Origin: Trichomonas gallinae
Lineage: Eukaryota
DNA: 34,695 nucleotides
Direction of reading: 5' to 3'
Assembly: GCA_008369845.1 (NCBI GenBank)
Contig: MRSU01005281.1
Location: 1-34,695 of the forward strand
Within the stretch, counting starts at the first letter, position 1; each line of letters begins with the position of its first letter. Positions 17,965 through 28,700 of the stretch are shown one piece after another. The notes under the pieces were generated by a model. That model was not told the origin of the DNA, ran no database searches, and worked only from the letters and a program-made list of their open reading frames with translations. The position numbers were made by a program, and so were the translations under genes.

Positions 17965-18048
17965 AACTCAAAATGGAATATGCGTGCCCAGAAGCACTCT
18001 CACCTTGATTTTCAAGTGTATCTGCGGATATATATTCCATTTTGGGTT
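17965..18048. repeat. Inverted repeat / 84-nt hairpin
   Basis: AACTCAAAATGGAATAT (17965-17981) pairs with ATATTCCATTTTGGGTT (18032-18048), 17 bp with one G:T. Inner pairings are CAGA/TCTG and CTTGA/TCAAG. Confidence 0.85.
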
Positions 18049-18537
18049 CGCAAAGGCCGAGAGCTTTTTAGATAATCAAATCAATGCTTAAAATTTCACT
18101 GAAATTGTTGACTACGTGAGTTTTCATCGCTGTACTAAACACTAATCTAACACAATAATGGAGGTTAACTAAGTTTAGTGTTTGCTAATAATTTTTTTGG
18201 AAAAATTTGACATGTAAAAAATATTGTCATTTTAAAATGTGACATATTAAACATTACAGAATAATATTTTTAGCGTGAAAGAGATAATTCGCCATGTTTT
18301 TCAAGAGATGCACACTTGAATTAATTGTTTTCATTAGATAATACTATATTTGTGCGCATCAACAGAATATTGAATTTTTCACTTTTGATTATTACATGAT
18401 ATATGTAACTCAGATATCAAGAGTATACATTATCAATTTCAAAATCCTTATACTTTGGAATGACAGTATATAGATATGAAAATACGTGATGCAGCACATA
18501 ATGTTTTTTTTTAATATGATAATAAAAAAAAATAATT

Positions 18538-20643
18538 TTACTCATGGAACATAATAGAGTGGGCTGTCTCTGGCGTAGGTAGGATTCCTTCGTTGTAGCA
18601 AGCAATTGCGAAATCGTCCCATTCCTTCCACATCTCATCGATGAAAGGCGAAAGCCTCTTCAGGATGATCTCCCTGAGCTCAGCCTCTTTGATCTTGTTG
18701 TTGATAACCTGTTGGCAAGCATTAAAGTTCGACTGAAAGTTCTTCTCCATGTCCTTAACAAGCTCCTGGAACTTTTCGTCTGTGTGGGTTGGTTGGAAAG
18801 TAACAACTTCTGGAGACAATCCGCATTCTGTCCTCCATGATGTGATCTGTGAGAAGAATTTCGTCGGCTGCTTCCACTGCTTGGACACCAAGTCCCTAAG
18901 CAGGAAGTCTATATGTTTGGCCATGAACTTCTCAAGGTTATCCAGTGTTTCGGTAAATCCTGCCGACATTTTGAGCGTCTTAGATTTTTGTAGTTTCGAC
19001 AACATATAGAAAGTGTTGACGACGATAAGTCTCTCCTGCTTCTTCTTTTCTGCCTTCGGCGCTACAACTTCAACGAGCCAGTCCGTAAGTGCTGTAACTA
19101 ATTTATCGAATGTATCTTCAAGCAACTCATTATCGTAGTCAACTTTCCTGCTAACTAAATAATGAATAAACTTAGGGAAGCCTTTGCACGGTGCCAATGT
19201 AGTTGTCTTCTTGTATTCGAACTTTTCAGCCATGATAAGTTTGGCTTGTTTCTCGATGTATCGGTCCCACTTGTGTCCGAGGGATTCGACAATTGATTCA
19301 AGAGGAATGTTTTTCTCTGTGAAAGCGTTGTTGTTCAATGACGCACCTCTCAAGATGAAGAACATGTCGAACTTGCCTGCGCGCATCCACATGTTCTCGA
19401 TTTTCGTCAAAACCGTTGAAGGGAATAAATCATCCATGTATTGATCGACTCCCCAGAACTCTAAGAGGATGATCTTCTCTTTAGCGATAGTGTCGAAGAT
19501 TTCGTCGGATGCTTTGCTGAGAATTGCCCAGATTTCTTGCGCTTGAGAATCTTTCATGTTGCTACCTGCAGAAAACAGCTTGGATTTGTTCTTGTTGACT
19601 TCCTTCTCTTTGATCTGTTTTGTAGCATTCTCTAAAATCTCGATAAGCGTGGATTGTGTTGTTAATTTTGATGCATCGTGGAAAGCTGAAACCATTGTCT
19701 TAAAGTTTTCAGGATATCTCTTTTTGATCCAAAGAATGATCCATGAATATGAATAAATGGCCTTAAGAATCAAATGGGATGATACATCTGCTGAAAATGG
19801 CTGAGCAGGTTGTGTTAGATCGAGACGTGGACGATTAGTGACTTGTTTAGCGGTTGATGACATTTTTTCGAGTTCTCCTGGGTTTTTAAGTAAATTGACG
19901 AAATATCGAGTAAAGTTTGAAGAAAATTGTGCGAGAACTGCGTTAATATCTGCATCTCTGTTCTTGGCTGCTACAAGACCAACCAAAATCTGTGGAGTAT
20001 TTTCAGGAAGTAAAGCTTTTGTTGCTTCTTCGAGAACATTCTGTAGAGAACCAACCATGTTAGAAGGATATGATGGCTGTGAAACGTTTGGTAAGAGTAC
20101 TGATGTCCATTTCTCAGGAATTGCTGCTGCTTCGATAATTAATTGAAGTTTTTCGATAACACGTCTTTTATTTGCAATTGTCGTAGCACTGACTTTGTGG
20201 TCGGAGTTAATCATGATAAGCTTCTTGTATACTTCAGATTCGCAATCTTTGTTGCCGCCAGATGTTTTAAGAAATTCGGTGACATCTTGATTCATTCGAT
20301 TTAAAGATTCTGCTGATTCTTGAAGTGTCTCGAATTTGGTGATGAGTGCTTGAGCAATTGACGAATGAAGTTGAGAAATTTCTTTTTCTAATTTATTTGG
20401 TAAATCGTTAACATCTGTATATTCTCTTTGTTTTGGTTTCTGTTCTTGTCCAGAACCTGCTCCTGGCTCCAAACCCAGCTCTTGCAAGCTTGGAATGTCC
20501 ATCGCAGAAGTACGACGAACGACAACCGATGAATTTCGACTTCTTTGAACGGTCGGTGATGTGGCAGTAACAGCAGCATCTCCGTTATTGAATGCTAAGT
20601 CCGGTGGCGGTGGCGGTGCCGCTGCTCTGCTTCTTCCTCTCAT
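18538..20643 (-). CDS. Exocyst subunit Sec3/EXOC1-like (CATCHR tether)
   Basis: 701 aa with an N-terminal coiled coil. The C-terminus (RLIVVNTFYM...KFFSQI....PEVVTFQPTHT..KFQELVK...WKEWDDFAIACYNEG) resembles the Sec3 C-terminus (EEVSYQ..SKQELRKVIK...YKHFEGLIARCYPG) as recalled. The CDS itself is solid; the family call is moderate. Confidence 0.65.
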   Translation of the reverse strand: MRGRSRAAAPPPPPDLAFNNGDAAVTATSPTVQRSRNSSVVVRRTSAMDIPSLQELGLEPGAGSGQEQKPKQREYTDVNDLPNKLEKEISQLHSSIAQALITKFETLQESAESLNRMNQDVTEFLKTSGGNKDCESEVYKKLIMINSDHKVSATTIANKRRVIEKLQLIIEAAAIPEKWTSVLLPNVSQPSYPSNMVGSLQNVLEEATKALLPENTPQILVGLVAAKNRDADINAVLAQFSSNFTRYFVNLLKNPGELEKMSSTAKQVTNRPRLDLTQPAQPFSADVSSHLILKAIYSYSWIILWIKKRYPENFKTMVSAFHDASKLTTQSTLIEILENATKQIKEKEVNKNKSKLFSAGSNMKDSQAQEIWAILSKASDEIFDTIAKEKIILLEFWGVDQYMDDLFPSTVLTKIENMWMRAGKFDMFFILRGASLNNNAFTEKNIPLESIVESLGHKWDRYIEKQAKLIMAEKFEYKKTTTLAPCKGFPKFIHYLVSRKVDYDNELLEDTFDKLVTALTDWLVEVVAPKAEKKKQERLIVVNTFYMLSKLQKSKTLKMSAGFTETLDNLEKFMAKHIDFLLRDLVSKQWKQPTKFFSQITSWRTECGLSPEVVTFQPTHTDEKFQELVKDMEKNFQSNFNACQQVINNKIKEAELREIILKRLSPFIDEMWKEWDDFAIACYNEGILPTPETAHSIMFHE

Positions 20644-20654
20644 TTTTTATTTGA

Positions 20655-20666
20655 TTTTACATGTCA
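20655..20666 (-). promoter_or_regulatory. TGACATGTAAAA motif upstream of the Sec3-like gene
   Basis: TTTTACATGTCA on the + strand, 12-23 nt upstream of the ATG at 20643. Confidence 0.65.
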
Positions 20667-21005
20667 TATGTTGAGGTTTTATTTCTGGTAAGCTTAAAAA
20701 ACGTATAAGGCTCAAATAATAATCTCTTATTAATTCTCAGATTTGACACTTTACATGCAAGAATTATAAAAGAAGATTTATCAATAAAATATCTATGTTT
20801 ATACAAAGGTGCGGACACCTAGTCTGCCCAGAGGAATCCTTCCAAATTAAGGCTGTAGATACGGTAGGACCATAAGGGTCGCATACTGGAAAATCTCATA
20901 AAGTTTGAGTGACCTCACTTTCTAACTGTTGGGATGAATTATTCTAGCCATACTATAGGATTGCATCAACAAAAATCTCCATATTCAACCACTCTTCGTT
21001 TATTT

Positions 21006-21098
21006 ACGAAATTTGGTTTTGCAAAATTTTTCAAAAAACGAAATTTGGTTTTAAAAATCATAAATGTTCAGATTTTTTTGGACAAATTTTTCAAAAAA
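21006..21098. repeat. Short direct repeats in the Sec3-like/CNOT9 divergent promoter
   Basis: ACGAAATTTGGTTTT at 21006-21020 and 21038-21052; AAATTTTTCAAAAAA at about 21024-21038 and 21084-21098. Confidence 0.75.
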
Positions 21099-21152
21099 AA
21101 ATTGTCAAAAATTTTCTGATATTTATTTATCGTTTACAGAATGAATTAAAAT

Positions 21153-21164
21153 TTTGACATGTAA
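21153..21164 (+). promoter_or_regulatory. TTTGACATGTAA motif upstream of CNOT9
   Basis: Exact motif 26-37 nt upstream of the ATG at 21190. Confidence 0.65.
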
Positions 21165-21189
21165 TTTTATTTACACAGCATAAATTTTA

Positions 21190-22146
21190 ATGTCACAGAA
21201 GATGAATTTTTATACTGCGGGGACCTCCCCTTACACGCATCAAGGTGGAATGATGACCAATACAAGCGTCACACTCCAGCATCGCAGTAACGAAAAGATG
21301 CTACAAATGGTGAAGAGATTAACACAATCGCCGAAAGATCGTCAAGAAGCACTTCACATTTTGAGTGTTCAAAGAGAGCAGATACCAGATTTGGCACCAT
21401 ATTTATGGTACTCTCCAGCCACAATAACTGCCTTATTATCAGAAATTATTAGCATTTATCCATATCTCGCGACAAATAATTTAAATATCCCTCCTTCGAA
21501 CAGAGTTTGCAATGTTTTGGCACTATTTCAGTGTGTTGCTGGTCACGATGACACTAGAACACCTTTCGTGCGTGCAAACATTCCGATTTACCTGTTTCCA
21601 TTTCTGCATCAGACATCTAACTCGCGCGAAGCTGAATACTTTAAGTTGACTTCACTCGGCATTATCGGAAGCCTCGTTAAAACCGAGCAACCAGAAATCA
21701 TCGAATATTTATTGAAAGCAGATTTCGTTCCTTTATGCCTCCGCATTCTCAAATTCAGCCAAGAAATCTCTCGTACTGTTGCAGCATTCATAATTCAGAA
21801 AATTTTGTCAGATAGCGGCGGAAAAACTTATATCTGCTCAACAAAGGAGCATATTGAGACGGTAGTTAAGGTACTTAATCGTGTAGTCTTCGACTTGACA
21901 CGAGATTTTTCAAATCGTCTCGCCAAGCACGTTATCGGCTCATATCAGATTCTCTTTGAAATGAAAGAAGTTCGTCCAATTATCGCTGCTCTTTTAACAG
22001 ATGATATTAAGAACGCAAAATTAGGTCCAAATTGCACAGACGAACAATTCAAGATGTTGATTAACCAACTTCAGAATATTAACTTAAATGTACCACAAAG
22101 AATGAACCAAACCCCCTTGAATATCACATTAGGTAAGCAAGATTAA
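21190..22146 (+). CDS. CNOT9: CCR4-NOT subunit Rcd1/CNOT9 (Caf40)
   Basis: Strong family motifs: RE.IPDLAPYLWYS, ALLSEIISIYPYL, SNRVCNVLALFQCVAGH..TR..F..ANIPIYLFPFL, EYFKLTSLGIIGSLVK, SRTVAAFIIQKILSD..G..YIC.T. Confidence 0.96.
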   Translation: MSQKMNFYTAGTSPYTHQGGMMTNTSVTLQHRSNEKMLQMVKRLTQSPKDRQEALHILSVQREQIPDLAPYLWYSPATITALLSEIISIYPYLATNNLNIPPSNRVCNVLALFQCVAGHDDTRTPFVRANIPIYLFPFLHQTSNSREAEYFKLTSLGIIGSLVKTEQPEIIEYLLKADFVPLCLRILKFSQEISRTVAAFIIQKILSDSGGKTYICSTKEHIETVVKVLNRVVFDLTRDFSNRLAKHVIGSYQILFEMKEVRPIIAALLTDDIKNAKLGPNCTDEQFKMLINQLQNINLNVPQRMNQTPLNITLGKQD

Positions 22147-22714
22147 ATTTATAGAATAAAATATACGTGTTTCAACTAGCTTTTTAGCTTTGCTAAAGGA
22201 TTCGATCATTCGCATCAGATTAAAATATGTACGTTTGAGCTTCATTCGGAGAAATAAATTGTTTGTTGAAAGATTCTTTATTTCAATGTACGGTATAAGT
22301 TGTGCTTCATTCCGATAAACAAATTTAACATAGCTGATTGAATCTCAAGGAAGTAACGAAATGAAATTATCCACCCCTAAATTATTTTGTCAGGCCCTAA
22401 ATTATAATTCTTTCATAAATTAACCTTATTGCAAGCATCTACTGTATTTCACATGAAAAAACAGATAAAGGCAAATCATACAGTGACTAATACATCTTCA
22501 GATGTATATATACTCATAGAGCTTTATCTGTGAAACACACATGCAAAAAAACAGATTAAGACAGGTAATAAAGAGATATTTTCCCATAATAACTGTGATA
22601 TGAGCATCAAATTTCTAAATTTTAGTAATTAATAACTTATAACTTGTAATAGAAAGGTGCTATAAGCTAGGTGCAAACGAATTAGTATCATATTATTACG
22701 TTTCAGATCTGCTT

Positions 22715-22747
22715 TTTGACATGTAAAGTTAAATTTGACATATAAAG
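22715..22747 (+). promoter_or_regulatory. Tandem TTTGACAT(G/A)TAAAG motifs upstream of the TRRAP-like gene
   Basis: Two copies 19 nt apart (22715-22728 and 22734-22747), upstream of the ATG at 22770. Confidence 0.65.
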
Positions 22748-22769
22748 TAAATAATCGTTTTCAATTCAA

Positions 22770-25700
22770 ATGTCTGAGGAATCTAGGAATAAAGAGGAGC
22801 GAATTCCAATTCCTCAGGCTAAAACTATCGACCGTGCTGCATTCAAAAATCTTATTCAGGCTTTAGAAACTACACCTGATTCACCAGATTTATATAATTT
22901 AACATTGCAATTATTGGATGGATTATCTCCTGAAGATATTGCAAAATCACACGTTCTCATATCAAATTCGGCCTTTTCAGGAACTATTAATTTAGTCAAC
23001 AAATCGAAACCATCGAAAATTCATTCAAATGCATTCGGTGTGATCGAAATGCTTCGAATTCCACTTCCAGACAACACCGTACTATCGCCACCGTTCGAAA
23101 AACTAGCGCCTGAGCTCGAGTATTTGGATTCATCGACAATTGGTTACATCGTTAATATATTGAAAAGCACAATAGACTCGGCAGCAATTGATGCAATACC
23201 GAAAATACTTCGTATATTTAGTTTAGCAAACTTCCTCGCTAATATTGTCTTGAAAGAAATCAATCAAAACTTAAATCAATTATCATCTGAATTAATTATT
23301 CAAGCAATTCCAATTCTACATATTGTTATGCGTTCATTGCAATCAAAAGCATCAGAACAAATTGTTATTCCACCGATTGTTGTTCAAACAGCAAATAATT
23401 TATTAAATTTCGAATTGAGTGAACAACCACTCTCAATACAACAGCCATTCATCACAATGAAGCATAAATATATAAATGTAATATCACATCGTCCTCGCGC
23501 GTTTGGTTTCCAAGAAGATCAGATAGCAAATTTGCTAATTAAGTTATTGTTGGAAGTTTCTACTAGCTCCTTTACACAGTTTTACGAAATATTCAACGAT
23601 TTACCACAAACACTTTCGAAGTTCAAAATAGATCAACCCGGAATTCAGAATTTGCACAACTTAATCCAATTTATGATCAACAGATCAGGAATTTACTCAG
23701 ATGAATCATCATTTTATGCAAAATTCATTTTACAGATAATAAAATCACAGCCATTGTTAGCAAATGAATATGCATACATTTGCTATAGCTTATCAATACT
23801 GCATTCGGTAGATTTGAAGTTATATGAGCGTTTGAAGATTTTTCCGACACTTTTTTCGAGAATTAAGCCAAATATGCTCCAAAATGATTCAATTATTCGA
23901 TTTGCTAGTAATGTTATATATGATTTCATCATAGAACTCTTAGATTCACTTGATCAGCTTAAAACGGTTGAATTTGAAAATATTGATATTCAACTTGTTT
24001 CAGATCTACAAATTACTGGCGAAGCATTTATTAAATATATCGAATTTACAAAACTCGCCATCAAAATTTCTGATCCACAATCCACACAAACACAAGATTT
24101 GCAATTTCCTGGGAAAATACAAGAATTTAACGCGTATATACAAGCAATGTCTCGATCTATTGAATTTATTCATAAATTTGGTGAAAATTTTCAATTAATT
24201 AGCAAAAAATTTCAATCTCCAATAATTACAAAAGAAAAAGACAAAAAACTTACTCAAGAAATTTGGCAGCAAACAATTCAATTCAGCAAGAAATGCGAAA
24301 AAGTTCAACAAGCCTATAACACGATGATTCAAACATTTATTCAAAAGATTTTGGAACCTATTCCAAAAGGCTTGCAGAAAAGCATTTGGGATAGCTATTT
24401 CACTACGATATTCAATCGTTCTTCGATTCCAAAATTTGATTCAAATTTTGCAACTACAGTTTTAGCAAATCCGGAAATTTTTGCTAATTTCTTCTTATCA
24501 TTTTGTTCTACAATCAATATGATAAGGTCTGGAAGCAATATAATCAAAATTTTGAAATTCACGCAAAAAATGTTGGATACTTTCACCGCTATTCAAAAAC
24601 CAGCGCAAAAACCTGGTGTTCCAAAACTAATCCCCAAGTTTTTGAGCTTAATTAAAAACTATTCACTGACATATTCAACATATATTCATTCAATCAAAGT
24701 TATTCAAAGTTTATTCAAGTTTATGAGCTCTCTTGGCATAGAAAACAGGTTCATTACATCAGATAAAGTCGTATTTGACCTTTTATCGCCGATTCTTTCG
24801 TTTAGAGGAATTTCCGTTTCTGTTCTTGACTTTATTTTGTACTGTGGTTCACTTGCTCCGAGTTTCTATTCTCATCCGATCATTACCGATGTAGTTCTAT
24901 TCTCTTTGAACACATCTACGGAAAAAGCGATTCAAATTCTCGGAGAAATTCACAAGCATCATCCAAAACAGTTCCAAAGGCCTGAAGTAGCATCAGCACT
25001 GATGACATCTTTAGTCTCGAATCTAACAAACATCCACGGTGACACGAAAAATTTAGCTTTGAAATTAATCCGCAATAACTATCCATTGACTGAGATCAGC
25101 GACGATTTCAAGTTCCCTGAGTCAGCATCACTGATAGAACTACACAAAGGTAAGAACATCATCCCGATAGACTCCCATAATTTCCTGATGGCGACGCTAA
25201 AAGCACTGCTAGACAATCCGGAGAATGAACTGGCGCAAAACTTGCTGATAGACTCAACAACGAGTTTCTTCACCGTTGAGAACTTCACGAACAACATGAG
25301 GGAGCAGCTCGCTGACCTGTTCATTCACACTTATGCGGCTCTGAGGTCGAATTCAGCTGTTTTCGAAAAAGTTTGTCTCGGAATTTTGAAAAATTTCCCA
25401 GATGATCCAACAGTTCACGCTCATGTTCTCACAGGATCATATCAGTCCCAAGTTTTCACGACAATACAGAAAATCATCGCAGCTAAACTAGATTCCACTG
25501 ACAAATTCACAAGATTCACGAACGAATTAGTTTTGATTTACGATTTGAAATACTACAACTTTTCTACTGTATTTAGAATGATACTGAAATTCATCAGGAA
25601 CGAAATTCCGTCAGAAAACATCGACGTTTATTCATATATATCCTTGATTGCGGCAATTGCACCTGACTTAGTTAAAGACGAGCCAAACATGTGCAGCAAA

Positions 25701-28700
25701 CAGACGAATCTTCAGGAGATTAATGTGCTTAGATCGTGGATCTGCAAATCTGTTATACACTGCAGAGAAATTTATTCGAGAAATCCGCAATCAACGAAAA
25801 AAATCATCAATAATATAATGAATTCAGGTAATTTCATTGTGACTTCAATTTTCGCTGAAGTTTTGTATGACGCTGTTGTTAATCCGGACATTAAGCAGTC
25901 CATAGAAGATGCGATTGATTCTTGTTTGGATGATGCCAATTCAGCAAAGAACATAAGAAATCTCGGAATTCTTCTGAGAATCAGTCCATCGCAAATCAAA
26001 GAATTTCAGCCACAGTTGACGAAACTTATACAAAAGTTTGACTTCCAGAACAATATGCAGACGGCTCTGTTGTTTTTGCCGCCGCTCATCGAATCCAAGC
26101 TCTTTGACATACCAATACAGATTCCTCAGATTTTCAAATACATCGAGATGAACGCTGGAATTTTCAGGCTTCCAGCAACACAAATATTGCAAAGCCTTTA
26201 TCCACAGCACTCTCAGCAAATCGATACACTGATCACTCAGCAGTGGGATAAACTCATTCAGCCATTCGATTTGATTGTAAAAGCTCCTTTTGTTGTCCCA
26301 GCAAATTTGCATCATCTCGCGGAATTATTTGTCGACATTATTCCTGAAAAACTCGCGAAAATATTAATAGCAATTCTCCAAAATTCTGTTCAAAACACGA
26401 AGACGCCAATAAACAATCCTACAGGACAAATGGATATTATTGGCTATTTGTCTGTTGTCATCAAACAACTTACGACATCAAACTCAATTTTCAAATATTT
26501 GAAATCATCGAATACAATTAAGAGCGCTTTCCAAGCAATTGCCACTGCATATACAGGAATTTCACTACTCCCATCTATACAGAACAATGGCTACATCGCG
26601 TCATTCATACGGAGAGCCAGTGAAGAAGCGTTCGATTATTTGTTGACAGAAAAAGATTCGAACTTCATTACAATGATTTATTTGATCATTGACGACAAGA
26701 AATTGAAGAATTTCCAGAACTTGATTGTCACTAGATCGGAGCAGATCATTTCTATGTTCTTGAACTATCCAGAAATTGTATCAATTGTATCACGTTCACT
26801 TGGAAGCATTGCGTGTGATTCTTATGATAAAGTTTTGATGAACATCATCAAAATGGAGATCAAAAATATCACAGCGAATTTCGGGTCTTTCTCGACAATG
26901 ACTTTCAAGAGCATCGCACAACATTTTGCGCTCTCTGATCTGAAGACATTCCTCGAAATGACTGCATTAGTTTTCGAAGCCAAAAATAGTTATTTGATTA
27001 ACACTATTTTGATAATTTTCAACCAAATTGTGAAGGACGAGAACTTTAACAAAATTGTTTTCATGGACTATCAAATTCCACAATCAATCGCTAAGAACTT
27101 TATCTACAACATAAGCTTTGCATTCGCGAAGGTTTATCCTGAACTCGTTGACGAATATCTCCAAAAAATGTTGATGAATGCTGGTATTTACATTGCGGCA
27201 AGATTTGCTTCTCTTTTAGTGGAGAAAAAGTTTACGATTTCTGGATTAGAGTTTTTGATTTTCGACTTTTACTCAAAGGCTGTGACAGAGCTCGACAAAA
27301 TTGCATGCATTGCTTTGTGGGCTAGAGCTCCGCCAACTCTTAGATTCCTCGAAATTTTCACGGAATATCTATCTTTGTTGAGAGTCATAAATACAATCGA
27401 ATCAAATGAGATTTACAAATCTCTAAAGATACCTAAAGAAATTGACTGCAGTGATGTAATTAAAGCGTTGACGGAATCAGCAGCCTTAAGCAGAGGCAAC
27501 TACAAGATTACGTGGACACATCTACAGATTATCGCAAACAATCTTGAATATTTCAAGCCACACATGACACAATTATATCATTTCCTCATTGAAATTGCTC
27601 TGATATTCTCATCGATAAGGCATCTGCAAAGATTACATCATTACTTCAAATACAACACTCCGATAACAACCATATTGACAGAATGCTCGACACTGCCGAA
27701 AGAAAAGCGTGGAATCATGGCTAGATACACTATCCAAATACTGCAATTTGCGTTTGACGTAATTGGCCAGAACCAGGAGTATTTCAGACTATTTGGAGCA
27801 GAAGTCTTTCCGAGCATCGAACGATTGTACAAATGCTTCGAATTACCGCCATATTTCCCAGACAACATGTTCGAGACACTGAAGAAGATGTACGCGAGAA
27901 TTTCACAGTACAACCAGCAGCAGATGTCACAGCTGAATCAGATGCAGTTGATGCAGAGACAAGCTGAATTCCAAACATTCGAAACATATCTAGGATCATT
28001 AACGAATATTCTCAAGAATGTTTTAGGAAGCCAAACATTCAAACTTAATGAAGGAATTCCTTCATTTTTCGTAGAACTGTCAGGCCATTCGTCTACTTCA
28101 ATCTGGAATACTGCTTGTTTCGGTTTGATGAATGCTTGCCACTTCCCAGGAGTAACAGAGAAACTCATCGATCAGTGGCCGTCGATGAAGGACAGACAAC
28201 CAGAACATGTCTTCAATGTCATCTGGGGTGCAAAAGGCAACGGAAGTGGTAGATCTGGAGTGATGATCAAATATCTTTCGAACATAATAGAAACAGTCGA
28301 ATGGTACAACTTTCCGTCATTCTACGCCAGTTTATCTACAATGCTGCTGACTGTTTTATCGAGACCAGCAGAAAACACTGTCTCCACTTTAATGTCGTTA
28401 ATCGAAAGTTCTTTGGATGATTTGACGAACTTGAAGAAGCGCTCAACAGTTATGCTTTTGTCGCAGTATTTATTATTGTCAAATGCTAAGCATTCAAGAG
28501 CTGCATTTTCATTATTCAACAACGAGCAATTTTTCAGAGAATTTTTCATGAGTGTTCCAAGCTATGTAATTAAGCAAATCCCAATGGCAGATCTACAGAG
28601 AACAATAGTGCAGAATATTGATTCACTGGAAAACTCTCTATTAAAGATTCCACAAGAAATCGTTGACTTCCACATCAATAATCAGCTTTCAGCCGCTGCT

